This document shows, one piece after another, positions 63,927 through 64,000 of a stretch of DNA of 64,000 nucleotides. Each line of letters begins with the position of its first letter. Within the stretch, counting starts at the first letter, position 1. The stretch is from Octopus sinensis (Eukaryota), in assembly GCF_006345805.1 (NCBI RefSeq), contig NC_042998.1, positions 128,154,001 to 128,218,000 of the forward strand, read 5' to 3'. The position numbers were made by a program, and so were the translations under genes. The notes under the pieces are model-generated. The model had not been told where the DNA came from, searched no databases, and saw nothing but the letters and a program-made list of their open reading frames with translations.

Positions 63927-64000
63927 AATTCTTTCTTCAATCGCACGTTAATGCCTTGACAAAAAGGGAAATACACATTAGATCATGTTGTTCTATATAT

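Overview
AT-rich, microsatellite-dense eukaryotic DNA. The SINE families and repeat landscape resemble an octopus/coleoid cephalopod genome; this is recognition from memory, not a database result. The only recognisable host gene is the 3' part (three coding exons, minus strand, 53894-62054) of an acid-sphingomyelinase-like phosphodiesterase (SMPDL3-like) with a probable GPI-anchor tail. The rest is a mosaic of transposable elements: three Penelope-like elements (PLEs), hammerhead-ribozyme motifs of three different types, a decayed Helitron, R4/Dong, RTE and CR1-type LINE fragments, Tc1/mariner, pogo and MULE fragments, MITEs, a non-autonomous LTR element, and many tRNA-derived SINEs. The two most striking observations are: (i) a U_UUU_UUA -1 frameshift site joining a 451-aa ORF1 to the RT-frame in two divergent PLEs, with four synonymous changes supporting the -1 frame; (ii) an ORF1-only (HAL1-like) zinc-knuckle retroelement inserted in a SINE whose 3' end is a perfect reverse complement of its own target site.
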